Shown: in pieces, positions 39,165-52,875 of the stretch
Layout: every line of letters begins with the position of its first letter
Numbering within the stretch: position 1 is the stretch's first letter
Origin: Octopus vulgaris
Taxonomy: Eukaryota
DNA: 64,000 bases
Direction of reading: 5' to 3'
Assembly (NCBI GenBank): GCA_951406725.2
Contig: OX597815.1
Coordinates: forward strand, 49,910,001-49,974,000
Made by a program: the position numbers and the translations under genes
The notes under the pieces: generated by a model
Told to the model about the DNA's origin: nothing
What the model saw: the letters and a program-made list of their open reading frames with translations, nothing else
Databases searched by the model: none

Positions 39165-39560
39165 ATAGATGTGGAAAGAAGCTTGCTTCCAGTTACATAG
39201 TTTCAGGTTTAGTCCCACTGTGTGGCACCTTGGGCTAGTGTCTTCTATTATAACCTTGGGCCGACCAGAGCCTTGTGAGTGGATTAGGTAAATGGAAACT
39301 GAAAGAAGCCCATCATCTATGTGTATGTGTGTGTGTTCATATATGTGTTTGCCCCTCACTACCACTTGACAAGCAATGTTGGTGAGGTTACATCCCCATA
39401 ATTTAGCAGTTGGTAAAAGAGAGACCGATGAAATAAGGACCAGGCTTAAAAAAAAAACAAGGACTGGGGGTCGATTCGATTAACTAAAAGTTCTTCAAGA
39501 TGGTGCCCCAGCATGACTGCAGTCAAAAGACTGAAATAAATAAAATATAAAAGAAAAGAT
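39165..39560 (+). mobile_element. SINE family A (CR1-like tail)
   Basis: Nearly full copy ending tggtgccccagcatgactgcagtcaaaagactgaaataa. Confidence 0.85.
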
Positions 39561-41089
39561 AAAAAATAGTTTCTGCAAATAGACAGGATTTGATCTTAGA
39601 ATACTGTTTCTTAGCTAAATATCACAAACCACTTAGTCTGTAGCAATATCATTATTTGTATTAATAATTTTGAACACTAGCATAAAACTAGAGACTGTTA
39701 GACAGTAAATGGGAATGTGTGTAATTTTTACCTTTCTCAAAAGTGTTAGCAATTTAAATGAAGTGACAAAAATCTATCTGGAAATTGAAACTGCATTATT
39801 AATTAAGTTTACAGAAAACTTTCTAGAACACCGTGACATCAGAAACTGAATATGCTAAAACAAGAACATTCGTAATAATTATTATTTCTGTTTTTTCATT
39901 GTATGAAGCTATGGTAAAAAGTTTAAACAAGAGAAACGAGAATTTGTGATGTTCATACTTTTCCAAATGGCTGCATCCAAACAGAAATTTAAATTAGTTG
40001 CCAGACTTAGTTCACTGAGAACCAAACAGCAATAATGAATCCAATTGTGCCTAATGGGAATTACTGAAATATTGAATAATGATATTGCTTTTGTTAATGA
40101 ATTCCTCCCCACTTCAAAAAAGGAAGAAAAAAACTGTGCATTCCTGACTGGATTTTCTGACCTACATAGCAAGGAGAGTGACTGGAAAATAATTCTAATC
40201 AGCAAAGATTTTAATGTAACAAAACAATAAGGATTTGAATTTGAAAGAAAGAAAAATTCAATTTCTGTATGAAAAAAAAATTGCAGTATTGTAAAAGAAA
40301 ACTAGGAAGAGCAGCCATAGAAGCAATAAAAGCAAATTCCTCTTCCATCAACATAACTGCAACTAATAACACCAGTGTACTCTCTCTCTCTCCACTCTCT
40401 CATTCTCTTTCCCTCTCTCTCTCTTCCTCTCTCTCATAATCTCAGCTATGACAGTTTTTTTTCCTTGGTTCTTTTAGTTTTGTGCCATTAAACTGTTACA
40501 CTACAAATGCATCTTTTTTACTTTGGTCATTACCAATGCTGAAGATTTCAGAGTCAAATTATATCTTTTTAATTGAACTGAAGAACAGAATATTGTTCCT
40601 ACATTTGGGACAGAGCTGCTGCAATAAACAAGCTGACATGCTAAATCACATATTTAAAAAAAAAAATGCTCTACTAATTGGCAAGAAGTTGCACACTGAC
40701 ACATTCCAACCTCTGGTTCACTTACTCTGCTTCTTCAATTACAGCTATGGCCTCTGTTCCTCAGAATTAGTTGATCTCTTGCCACATGAGCTCAGGCCCT
40801 TCTGAAGTATTCATTTTTGTCCATTATCCCTCATATTGAGTCCATATACCCCAAACCACTCACTAATCACTTGGCTCAGTCCTTCCTTCCTTTTCTCCAA
40901 ACCACTAATAAAGAAATTATATGAAAAGTATCTTTTCACTTGTTTCATTCATTGGACTACAGCCATGCTGGAGCACCACCTTGAAGGGTTTTAGTTGAAC
41001 AGATTGACGCCAGTACGTATTTTCAAGTCTAGTACTCATTCTGTCTATTTTGCCAAAACCAGTAAGTTATAAGATCTTACATAAATATA

Positions 41090-41340
41090 AGACAATCTTG
41101 AAACACTTTTGTGCTGTTTCTACCCTTTCTTTTTAACTATATATACTACACACATGCTGTCGGTGGTTTCTTTTCCTTCTTTGGACTTTTCACTTTCTCC
41201 TTTCTGACAAAGAGCTATGCTTGTGATATCAAACTTCCTCTTTTTGCCGAGTGTCAAACTAATACATTCTTTATGCATGTCCTCTTTTTGTCCGTTAATT
41301 TAATTTTATTCTATTATTCGTTTATTTGAATTGACTATAT
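41090..41340 (+). mobile_element. Penelope-like terminal repeat fragment with decayed hammerhead, nested in a minus-strand family A SINE (40930-41470)
   Basis: tttctgacaaagagctatgcttgtgatatcaaa...caaactaataca; related to 55900-56060. Confidence 0.5.
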
Positions 41341-42145
41341 CTATCTGACTGGCTTCCCCTCAGTTTCATCTACCAAATTCACCTAATTCCATTACTGCCT
41401 AGTACTAGGCAGTAGAACTGAGCACAAATTCAAGTGATTGCAAAACAAGTTTCATAAACACACAACCCATTCTTGAACCTTGTATGTGGTACATACAACT
41501 TCCCGCCTTAAAGTAACCTAAATTAAAAACTTACAAAGAAAAAGTTCATTAGAAATTTTACTACAACAATGTAACTTGCTTGTATTTATTCTCTTGTTGA
41601 ACACTAAAGAGTTGCTGGAATGTATCCCTATTGAAAACAATTTTAAGATTTCAATCACTGTTAACCATTTTCCCTTATTCTCAGTAGCTAAAGAAATTAA
41701 TTTTCTGTCCTTATAATGTATAACTATTCTACATGCAGTATTTGTTTCATTTCTTATTGTTTCTTTTTGTTATGGTCATTACTGCTTGGTGTACCATAAC
41801 TAAGTGATCATTGTCAAATTGGTTTACAAGCCAAGAAGAAGAAATGATTTTTATTAAATATTGAAAATTTTGAGATGAGTTGCTAATAACATTATAAGTT
41901 TCTGCACTATTAACTTCATCTTCAGAAAATTTATTTTCAGTATTTATATCTATATTGTATCAGTGGTTGTGTAGATAAGAAACACTATTATTCTTTGTTT
42001 AGCAAAACAGGTTTTTTTAAAAAATCTGAATCTAGTCTGAGACTATGTACTCATTCACAAATAAGGAACCTGAAAATGATCAGAAATTACACAAATCAAA
42101 AAGTGTTCTATATACAATTGTATATATATATATATATATATATAT

Positions 42146-42610
42146 AGGTGTGGTGGTGTGGTAAGAAGCTTGCTTCCCAACCACAATGGTAGCAGGTTCA
42201 GTCCCACAACATAGCACCTTTGGTAAGTCTTTTCCACTATAGTCCCAAGCCAATCAAAGCCTTGTGAATAGATTTGGTAAACAGAAACTGAAAGAAGCCC
42301 ATCATATATGCCAATATATATATATATATATATATATAAATAGGGAGAATTCACAAAAAAAAAAAAAGATGAAGACAGTTGGTGTAGAAAACAAGCAGAT
42401 GTATCAGTATATATAGGCATATATATATATAAATATTGTATGTGTGTGTGAGTTTATGTGTATACCTATGTGTGTATTTGTTTTCCACTTCTGCTTAACA
42501 ATTGCTGTTGGTTTGTTTATGCCCCCATAACCAGTCTTTAAAAAAAGTAAGTACTGGATTCATGTGGTGTCCCAGCATGGCTGCAGTCTAATAACTAAAA
42601 CAAGATGAAA
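42146..42610 (+). mobile_element. SINE family A
   Basis: Head gtgtggtaagaagcttgcttcccaaccac; tail gtcccagcatggctgcagtc. Confidence 0.8.
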
Positions 42611-42613
42611 GAT

Positions 42614-42870
42614 ATACACAGGAGAATGCAAAAGTAGGTATACAATAAGTGTCATGTCAATGATATAATACGTAAATCATTAAAATTCTTCACACATTAA
42701 ATTAGTTAGCCTCATTTTTGATATTTCAGTGTCATAATCATAGTACATTTATCGTAACTATAATAGTACTTTTGTCATAACTTTTAATTTTTTTTGCTAA
42801 AAATAAACGAGTATTGTACATGTTTTCTTTTTTCATTAATGCATACCTATTTTTGCACCACCCTTCTATA
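42614..42870. mobile_element. Tc1/mariner-type MITE
   Basis: Imperfect TIRs tgcaaaagtaggtataca / tgcatacctatttttgca, with TA flanks. Confidence 0.65.
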
Positions 42871-42996
42871 TTACGTGATGTAGTTTTACTATTTTAGCTC
42901 TTCATCTGCTTTTCATCTTCTTCATTGTTTCTTTAATGGAGGGGCATCATTATTGTTTTATAGAAGTCCTTCTTCACTCACTTTCATGGTTTTGTG

Positions 42997-43208
42997 TTAA
43001 CCCACCTCAGATTGCCCCTGGTTCTACCATACCAACTTCCTGCTTTAAAGTAACCCAAATTAAAACCTTTCATTAAAATTTCATGTTAATTTGTGTTCCA
43101 AAAACCAGTTTAATAATGATTATGTTATTTTACTAAAGTCTTCATTACTTTAGAAATTTGAAACAAAAGTTATGTATTTCAAAACAAATACAGTAACGAA
43201 AGAGTTAA
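42997..43208. mobile_element. Possible second piggyBac-type MITE
   Basis: Begins ttaaccc and ends cgaaagagttaa; a related fragment is at ~41495-41560. Confidence 0.45.
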
Positions 43209-43492
43209 TGTTTCCTTTGACAGTCTGGGTATTTTCCTGTACAACCATTATGTCTCACTCATCACATGATGATTACAAGTGATTGTACTGGTTGATGCTG
43301 TTAGTGAACAACTGCTGTTGTCACTATGATGATGATGATGTTAATGATGATGATGATGATGATGATGATGTTGAACAAAATATTGATTATCATAAATTTA
43401 TTGAAGAGCAAGAGTTAACAGAAATAAAGGAATTCCACTGTCTGATAAACTGAGGTTTTATGCTCTTTTTGCATAGATGATCTTCATTACTT

Positions 43493-43540
<48 letters not shown>

Positions 43541-43634
43541 CACTCACTTACTCATTCACACTTCAATTCTTTGGTACAATCAGTACTGAAGTGGTTCTTA
43601 CAATAACAAATGTACCTAATTTCAGTTGTTAACA

Positions 43635-43835
43635 CTTGTTTCAAATTTTGGCACCAGACCAGCTAGTTCGTTTGAGAGGGTAAGTAGATTACATGAACCC
43701 GAGTGCCCAACTGGTACTTATTTTATCAACCGCAAAAAAGGCAAAGTCAACCTCAACAAAGTTTGAACTCAGAACATAAAGACAGACAAAATGTTGCTTA
43801 GCATTTTGTCTGGTATGCTAATGATTCTGTCACCA
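43635..43835 (-). mobile_element. SINE family B
   Basis: tttcaaattttggcac...caactggtacttattttatc...tttgaactcagaac...gattctg. Confidence 0.8.
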
Positions 43836-44958
43836 AAGATGTGTGATGAAAATGATTCCAATTCTTACAGAGGTTTTATGCAAGGAAGTTAAAAAGTTTT
43901 CACTATCTGTCCTCAGAAATCACATGCCAATTCCTTTGAAATTAAAATATTTTTGAAATAGCAGCCTATAGTTCAAACATGCTTTTATCTTGGTTACCCT
44001 AAATTCTTCTTCACAAAGAAAATGCTTAAAAGCTTCCAACTATTTGAAATAAAAAAAATTATTTAAAGAAAAACGGTCACAAAATCTCAGAAATATTGTC
44101 AAGTTACAAAGAAAGAAACTTAAAAATAATAAATGAAATAAAATTTAATGATAATAATTTTTTAAAATATAAATATTTAAGTATATAAATATAATCAAAA
44201 TTGAATTTTGTTTAATAGCTTTAGCATTGCCCTTGTCATTTTTAAATTGCAGTCATGAACATGTCTTCTGTGAGTTAAAGTAAATTCCTTAGAATCGGTT
44301 AAACTCTGACACTTCTGACAGATAACAATTCTTATTTAATGGCTGTCTTCTTGATCATTGACTTTGTTCCTGATTTTTGATTATCTCATTTCAAAGAATG
44401 ATTTTTAACTGTCAATCTTTGTCGCAATTATGTGACACCGGATGTTTGATACATGAAAGGAAGTATATTCATAAAGAACATATCACATCACCATCATCAT
44501 TACCATAACCATCACCATCAATATCACCTTCATAGTTGTTACCCTAGTCATCAGTACCAACTCTTCACAAACATGCATACAATTGATCAGAAAATAATGG
44601 AAGATGATGATGATGATGGTGGTGGTGGTGGTGGTGGAAGTGACATTGATGGAAGAGTTGACAAGGATGATAAAAATAACGATGACACAAATGTTAATAA
44701 AACAATTGATATTACTGCTGTTGTCATTATGATGATGATGATGATGTGGAACAAAATATTGATTATCATAAATCTATTGAAGAGCAAGAGTTAACAGAAA
44801 TGGAGTTTGAATGCTACAGCAAAGAGCTTGATGCTAGACATTTTTTTTAAATTCTATTTATTTATTTGAAGTGTGATAGATTTTAGGGAAGATGTATTTA
44901 TTATGATATATAGCTACTCTTACAAGAGCATTCATGGGTACTTTGGTTTTATTTGGCA

Positions 44959-45154
44959 AGGCTTGGCTTGGCTAGCCTAGATTTGACTTGGCTTGGCTTG
45001 ACTAGGCTAGACTTGATTTGGCTAGGCTAAGCTTGGCTTGTCTTGGCTAAGTTAGGCTAGGCTAGGCTTACCTTGGACAGGCTTGGCTTAGTTAGGCTTG
45101 GCTAGACCAGTCTTGGCCTGGTTTGATGTAGCTTGGCTTGGTTTGCTTGGCTTC
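44959..45154. repeat. Degenerate pentanucleotide tandem repeat (GGCTT/GGCTA)n
   Basis: About 39 units with a largely maintained 5 bp period. Confidence 0.9.
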
Positions 45155-45330
45155 ACCTTCCAGTGGTATCGTATGAGCACACACATAACATACTGTACAC
45201 TTGTTTCCTCCATCTTGTCACCAATGTGTACAAAAACTCGGGTCTCCATTAATGATTTGCTAGCCCATTCTCTGTCCTTGTCCATCAATCTTTTCCATTA
45301 TCTACCAATTCTTTTTATGTTTATAGTTCC

Positions 45331-45528
45331 TCAACCTTTTAGCATTCAGATTTCTTTGTCAAATGTAGCTTTTTTATTCACATTGTTTTGAATTAATCAT
45401 GCATTATCTCATAGCTTCAGGATAGCAATGATATGATTGCTTATTTTTAGAATGACATTGTAAGGTAGGTGTGAGAGTTCTGATCTGGTCAACTCGAACA
45501 CAAAATGGGTAGAATGCTAAATGTTTAA
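45331..45528 (+). mobile_element. piggyBac-type MITE
   Basis: Same family as 49770-49995. Confidence 0.7.
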
Positions 45529-45698
45529 AGTATGGCCTTCACAAGGACATTAAGTCTTGTTTCATGGTCAGGCCATTTCAGCTTTCTTTTCTTTAAAGCA
45601 TTTCCAAACAAGAATTATTAAGATCATGGCCCAAACCTAGTTCACATAAATTCCAAGATTTCATACAACCCTCACTACTTTAGGATAACAGAATATTT

Positions 45699-46099
45699 GG
45701 ATCTTTTCACTTTGACTAGCAGATTTAAAAAATTATTTTTTGTAACTAAACACTTTTAAACTTCGTATACTGGTAGAATGTGTCACATAAAACATCTTTT
45801 ACTCTTGGCGTTCTTGAGAAAATTCTTTAAACAGTGACAAACGAAATATACACCGCCGGAACTTCGTGTTGACAAACAGCAGCAGTATTTGTATTCACCT
45901 CAATAGACGTCATTGATTGGTTGAAATTGCCCAAATACGAGAAATTTAACAACAAATAGCTTACAAACTACAGAATTTTCTTAAGAACGCCAAGAGAAAA
46001 AGATGTTTTATGTGACACATTCCACCAGTATACGAAGTTTAAAAGTGTTTAGTTACAAAATATTACTTTTTAAATCTGCCGGTCAAAGTGAAAAGATCC
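45699..46099. mobile_element. MITE with ~125 bp TIRs (Merlin-like)
   Basis: Termini ggatcttttcactttga / tcaaagtgaaaagatcc; 8 bp flanks gaatattt / aaatattt. Confidence 0.85.
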
Positions 46100-46654
46100 A
46101 AATATTTTAATTGTAAAGGACTTAATTCAAGTGTAAAAATGCTGCAATGATAACTAACCTAAATATCTTGCAACAATTCATATGTTCAGCACTTCATATA
46201 TAAGCCATGGTAACTGCTTGCTGTTATTTTGAAATTATATACTAACAATGATCACATAGCAATCATTTTCCTTTCCGGCTTTTTCAGTAGTGGTGGCGGT
46301 GGTGGTGGCAGCAGCAGCAGTAGTGGTTTTCTGTTGTTGATTAGTGCTGGATCAATCCCTATACAACCAATCTATCACAAAGATAATTCTTGTTGTGAGC
46401 TTTCCATCTTTTGAAAAGCATGCTGCAGCTGTAGAAAGGTTGCTTCAATAAATTTTGTTTGACCCATGTCAGCATGGAAAAGTGGATGTTAAAGCAATGA
46501 TAATGAATACTGATGAGGATGATGTTAATGATGATGATGATGATATAACTGCATAAGTTACTTATACGCTATTTAATATACAAAACATTCAAAAACTAAT
46601 TAAGTAATATACATAGATGCAAACATATTTATATAGCATATTTTATCTTTCTAT

Positions 46655-46904
46655 TGTTTACTTGTTTCAAACATTGGACTGCAGCCATGCTGGAGCACTG
46701 CCTTGAAGGGTTTAATTGAACAAATTAATCCCAAATACTTTTTCTAAAATTTGGTACTTATTTTATTGGTCTCTTTTTGTCAAACTGCTAAGTTACAAGA
46801 ATGTAACCAAACTAACACCAATTGTCAAGCAGTGGTAGGGGACAAACACAAACACACACACACACATAGATAAATACACACTCATGTACATATACATATG
46901 CGTA

Positions 46905-46972
<68 letters not shown>

Positions 46973-47120
46973 TCTTCATTCGGTATTGGTATACCAAAAT
47001 TCTCTTATATGTTTTTGTATGGTCAGAGCTATAGTTATATACACTTGTCCAAAGTGCCGTGCAGTAGGACTGAACCCAGAACAATGTGGTTAGGAAGCAA
47101 ACTTCTTACTACACAGCCAT
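46655..47120 (-). mobile_element. SINE family A (CR1-like tail)
   Basis: Full-length reverse copy with a central microsatellite. Confidence 0.85.
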
Positions 47121-47469
47121 AGTATGAAGATAAAAGGACAGCTGTGGACTAATGTTTCTGTCTCAACAGTCATCATCAGCACACCAACTGTCCTACCCTA
47201 CTTTCATCTTCAACCAAAGGGATGAAAATGTGTAGAACACATTTATAGCCCAGGTAATTTGCAGAGACTATAGAAACAATTATGAACAATTGTCAAGGAA
47301 ATGGTGAAATAACTTCAAGAAATGAGGAATTAATTGCACAAAAATTTATACTTTTATTTAGCTTGAGCTTCAAGATAAATTAAAGGTTTAGAGGGATAAA
47401 GATATTGCAATAGATCTGATATTTTATTTTTAGGTTAATCCCGTTTTTTCTAAATATATTAATATTATA

Positions 47470-47855
47470 GGTGCAGGAGTGGCTGTGTAGTAATAAGTTT
47501 GCTTCCTAACCATATTGTTCTGGTTTCAGTTCTTATGTGTGGTCCCATGGGCAAGTGACTTCTACTATAGCCTTTGGCCAGCCAAAGCCTTGTGAGTGTA
47601 TTTGGTAGACGGAAACTGGAAGAAGCCTGTCATATATGTGTATGTGTTTGTTTGTCCCCACCACTATCGCTGGACAACCAGTGTTGGTGTGTTTACATCC
47701 CCATGACTTGGTGGTTCAGCAAAAGAGCCTGATAGAATAAGTACCAGTACTTTAAAGAATAAGTACTGGGGTTAATTCAGTCGATGAAAATTCTTCAAGG
47801 CAGTACCCCAGCATGGCCACAGTCTGATGACTGAAACAAATAAAAGATTAAAGAT
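47470..47855 (+). mobile_element. SINE family A (CR1-like tail)
   Basis: From ggtgcaggagtggctgtgtag to ccccagcatggccacagtctgatgactgaaac. Confidence 0.9.
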
Positions 47856-48229
47856 TATGTTGCATCATATTTATGGCCTGTATGGGTCCAGGCATATTTT
47901 GATAATGCAGATCATAACATTGCAGACATGACTATTTGAGGGGGTTTTTTTCAGTGAAATGAAACCAAGACTATCTTATTTGTGTTCAGAGGCCTGATTT
48001 GTACTATATTAGTATATCTTTATCTAAAATATAACAAGTAAAGACTAAAACAACATTGTGTTCATTCAAATGGTCGATATCCTTTGGTTTTTCAAATTTC
48101 AGCCTAAAAATCTTAATTTTTACCCCACAAGATTTAACTGCAAATGAATTAAGAAGCTATTATCAGAAATGTAGCATAAAGGGTCCCAAATCCTGGTCTT
48201 CAGTCACATGAGAAAACTAGCAATAAAAC

Positions 48230-48840
48230 TTTCTATTATAGGCACAAGGCCTGAAATTTGGCGGAGGTGGATGGTAGTCAATTGCATTGACCACATTGCT
48301 TGACTGGTATTCATTTCATCGGCCTCTAAAGGATGAAAGGCAAAGTTGACCTCAGTGGAAGTTGAACATAAAGCCAGACAAAATGCCACTAAGCCCTTTG
48401 TTTAGCATGCTATCCAGTCTATTAATAATCATTCCTACTATGAGCACAAGGCTAGAAATTTGTGGGGAGAAGGTAAGATGATTACATCAACCTCAGTGCT
48501 TGAGAGGTACTGTTAACATCGACCCCAAAATTATGAAAGGCAAAGCTGACTTCAGCGGAATTTGAACTCAAAGCATAGGTGAAAGATGACATGCCATTAA
48601 GCATTTCACCCAGCATCCTAATATAGTTTCAAATTTTGGCAGAAGGCCAGTAAGTTTGGAGAAGGGAGTAAGTTGACTACATTGACCCCAGTATTCAACT
48701 GGTACCTATTTTATCAACCCTAAAAAGATGAAAGGCAAAGTAGACCTCAGCAGAATTTGAACTCAGAATGTATAGACAGATGAAATGCTGCTAAGCATTT
48801 TCCCTGGTGTGCTAACCATTTTATCAACCCACTGCCTTAC
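48230..48840 (-). mobile_element. Three tandem SINE family B copies
   Basis: atgaaaggcaaag...gaatttgaactca...ctaagcattt-type units repeated three times. Confidence 0.85.
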
Positions 48841-49769
48841 TGTAATACTACTAATAATAATAGTGAAGTGTTTCCAGAGATGTGGAAAATGTCTAAAAGA
48901 TAATTGTTTGAAATTTCAAGTGAACAAAAAGTATATGTCTATTAAAATAAGACATAAGTATGAGCTGTAATTTGTAGACTAAACAATTTTGTACTTCATA
49001 ACTAAATGAATGAGTGAAATCTGAAGAGAAGCACCTAAACATTTACACATGAAATGAAATTCAGTAAATAATTAAATACCTGTTCTGGTTTCCCTTAGAT
49101 CTAAATATAAATTTGGTGAATGTCCAGCCAATAAATCAAAGCTGGCGTGGCTGAGAACTCTCAGTAGTGGATTTAACTTCATTTTGCCAACAGTCCTAGT
49201 TTGTCTTATTTTTAATCTGCTGCCTAGCTGTGTTACCATTTTTTTAATAATGTGTGTATTGTCAAGTAAATGTTATAAGAACCAATCAATTTGAAATGGG
49301 AGGTGCTGGTTCAATGCCAATTCACAGACAAGATTTACTTGACTTACCTGCTTGAGATCTTATGACTATAAGGAAGAACTACTTTGTTGTGAAAACATTT
49401 TACTGTTACATCATAGTTTAAATGGCACTTTCTAAGACATTTCTAGATATTTAGTTATTTTTCTAACATTACAGAAATAACCAGAAAATTTTGTAGATAA
49501 AGGAAAAGCAATTTTTATGTTTCTTTATTCTTTGAAAATAACAAAATTTCTTTCAAATATTTTCTGTGTTACTTAATAGCTTTGATTTCTAAATAAAATT
49601 TGTCTTTAATAGTGTAACAGAAACAAAACCCAAGTTCCCGTGGAACTCTCTAAGACCAGATGTTGGTATTATAGCTTGATATGGCTACATTTATTTATTT
49701 ATTTATTTATTTATTTATTTTTCTATTTGTTGTTTCATTTTGCTACTTCAAAGAAACAAAATGCAATTT

Positions 49770-49995
49770 TTAACTCTTTAGCATTTAGATTAATCTGTCA
49801 ATTGTAATGTTTATTTATTCATATTGTTTTGAATTAATCATCCATTGTTTTATAGCTTTCATATTTTTATGAGATAACTTCATTTTCAGAATGACATTGT
49901 AGAATAGATGTGAGGGGCCAGATGTGGCCAGTTTGAACATAAAACAGCAATAATAATTTCACCAGATATGGCCTGTTTTAATGCTAAAGGGTTAA
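49770..49995 (+). mobile_element. piggyBac-type MITE with TTAA flanks
   Basis: ttaa-ctctttagcatt ... aatgctaaaggg-ttaa. Confidence 0.8.
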
Positions 49996-52484
49996 CTGTT
50001 ACTGAACAAGGGAGCTTCTTCATAGTAATTTGGAATGCTAGAAATAACAAGTAGCTCTTTCTCAAACTACTTCCAAGTGTTAGTGATTCAAGAAGGTGTC
50101 TGAGTCTACTTGTGATTTCATAGGCAGCAAAAATAATTAGTGCATGCATGTTACTTTTATACAAGCTGTACAAGTCACACTGACAAACAACTTTAACATT
50201 CTGATGCACATATTCACTTATTTTTACATTGTTTCCATCCACAGCTATTTTTCAGTATGATTTGTGAGTCACAATTAAATTAAGTGATAGCCATTTCATA
50301 TACAAAGGAGTGAATCTGAATATTAATGAAATAAATTGCCTCACACACAAAACAAATGCATTTTCACATGTCTTTCCGAAAAGCCCATCAATGACATCAA
50401 TTCAAAAGGCAGTAAAACTAAGAATAAAACCGTTGGTTATATGAAGAAAGAGATCTTAAACTATTTACCTTTAATTCTCATGCAATGTGCTAAATATGAC
50501 CCATACACATTCATTTTACACGTTAGTGGATCAACAAGGGTGATTTTCAGTGTAAATGGCTGTGTGAAGAGAAAGTGCTCAGTCACTGATATTTGGTGTC
50601 AGGGCATCAAGAAGAAGTATTGCTCTCAAGAATAGATATTTGCCATTAGGCATTTTATTATGCAGTGCATGCCGCACTTGAATGCCTGCAATATTTCACT
50701 GAAAGCTGCCTTGGACAGTTTTCTCTTTATATTTGTTACCTTATTGGTTCTTCATCAACGAAGCACTTTGACTGAAATCTATAGAGATTATTCTTCATTC
50801 CACTTTTGGTAGGAAAATGACACCCTATAAATGTAGTATGGAAAAATTACAGTACAATTCCAGAAAAATGTTGGTAACGGGATTAGAAATTTTCCTCAAA
50901 ATAGTATTAGCCCTGTGTGTTGGTAACGAATGTCTTATTAATATACATCAATACATAGTTATGTGTGTGTGGATATATAGATAGACAAACAGGTAGATAA
51001 ACAGACAGATAGATAGAGAGATAGATAGATAGATAGAAAGATAGATAGATAGATGAATGCACATGTGTGTTAAACATATCCAATCCATACTAAAACACAC
51101 ACAGACACACACAGACATGTAAAAATGCTGACAAACATTAAGTTTTCACAACACATTCTTCTATCTATATCAGGTTCACAAACTGTCTACAGTTGATGAA
51201 TCTGTTTCTTTTTTTTTTCTTTCTTCTTTTTTTTTCTCGACAACTAAAATTTGTTTCAGCAGAAGTCAGTGATGGTCAATGTTATAATTTGTTTATTCCA
51301 TCAGATGCAACTCAATTTCCCCAACTGTGCTACAAAATTCAGGTAATTGCATTATTCCAGTCTGACACCAATTACCTTAACTGTTTCTACTAAGTCAAAT
51401 AGCTTTAAGTCAGGGTTTCAATTTTCTCGAGCCTCTCTTGGGTCCATTTCACTTGAATTAAATCCAATCAAACCTCACAGCTACCTCTTCTTTTTGGTTA
51501 AGCTTAACTTTTGAAATATACACATTTCAAACAAGTGTCTAAGTTTCTTTCAAAAGTAATTCAAACAACATAACAAGACAGTCATGTTCTTTCAGTTCAG
51601 CCCCTCTTACAGATAATAAGAAGCATAAGCAATAATCTATTTTGTAGCTTATTGCTATTTGGTGGTGCGAAACTGGACTTAAAAGGAAATTGGTTCAATA
51701 AAAACTTTACACATGTGTTAAATGTAGAAGGAACAAATGAAAACTTTCAGAAGAAAAATAATAATAATACAAAAACACTATACTTTCATTAAAATAGGAT
51801 GATTCCAATTAGATGACATCATTGTTATTATTATCATCATTATCCTTATCATCGTCATCGTCATTGTCGTTGTCTTCGTCATCAACATGACCATTGTCTT
51901 TTCTATGTCTGCTGTTTCCATGCTGGCATGGTTTGGATGTGATGTCTTGAGGAAGAATTCTGCAGTTAGATGCCCCTCCTGGTGGCAACCCTTACTTTTT
52001 TTCAAGTACCTCAGGGAATCACCACATTGCTGGACATATGAAGGATATAAACAGTATCACTGTCCCAATGCAGTTTCAATACAAAGACACATGATGACAA
52101 AAACACATACACGTGTGTGTGAACATACATGCACACACACACATGTACACATGCATGCACACACATGCATGCATGTACGCACATACATCCATATACATAC
52201 AACATGCTTCCTTACAGTTTCCACCTCCATAGTTTTATTTAAAAGACATTGGTCAACCCACTGGGAATTGAACTGTTAATGAAGACAATTTTTCAAGGTT
52301 CCATTCTGTGGAATTGAAACAGAAACTGTGTCATGTGTGTGTGTGTGAAATCATGATCATCAGCCTCATTCACACCCTCATTCTCATTTCATCATTTCAA
52401 TACCCAGTTTACCTTTCCAGTGGCCAAACCTTACCTGTTTCGAAGAAAAGTAATATTTATCCCATAACCAGAGAATATAATACA

Positions 52485-52831
52485 CTCTTTTACTTGTTTC
52501 AATCATTTGACTGTGGCCATGCTGGAGCACCACCTATAGTCGAACAAATTGACCCCAGGACTTATTCTATGTAAGAATCAGTCTCTTTTGCCAAACTGCT
52601 AAGTTATGGGACATAAAGACACCAACATTGGTTGTCAAGTGATAGTGCAGGGACAAACACAGACACACACACACATACACACACATATGCTACACTTCAT
52701 TCAGTTTCCATCTGCCAAATCAACTCACAGGGCTGTAATAGAAGACACTTGCCCAAGGTGCCATGCAGTAGGACTGAAACTGGAACCACATGGTTGGGAA
52801 GCAAGCTTCTTTCCACACACCTACTCCTGCT

Positions 52832-52832
<1 letters not shown>
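52485..52832 (-). mobile_element. SINE family A (CR1-like tail)
   Basis: Reverse copy; head gcaggagtaggtgtgtggaaagaagcttgcttccc. Confidence 0.85.

Positions 52833-52871
<39 letters not shown>

Positions 52872-52875
<4 letters not shown>

Noticed and set aside
44453-44794. 113 aa ORF with poly-H, poly-D, poly-G and poly-M
   Set aside because: It is built from (CAT)/(GAT)/(GGT) triplet repeats common across the window, with no domain or splice support.
51260-51352. Plus-strand AG/GT-bounded open segment (also 37377-37420 and 44253-44269)
   Set aside because: The peptides are short and unrecognisable, and such signals are expected by chance in 64 kb of AT-rich DNA.
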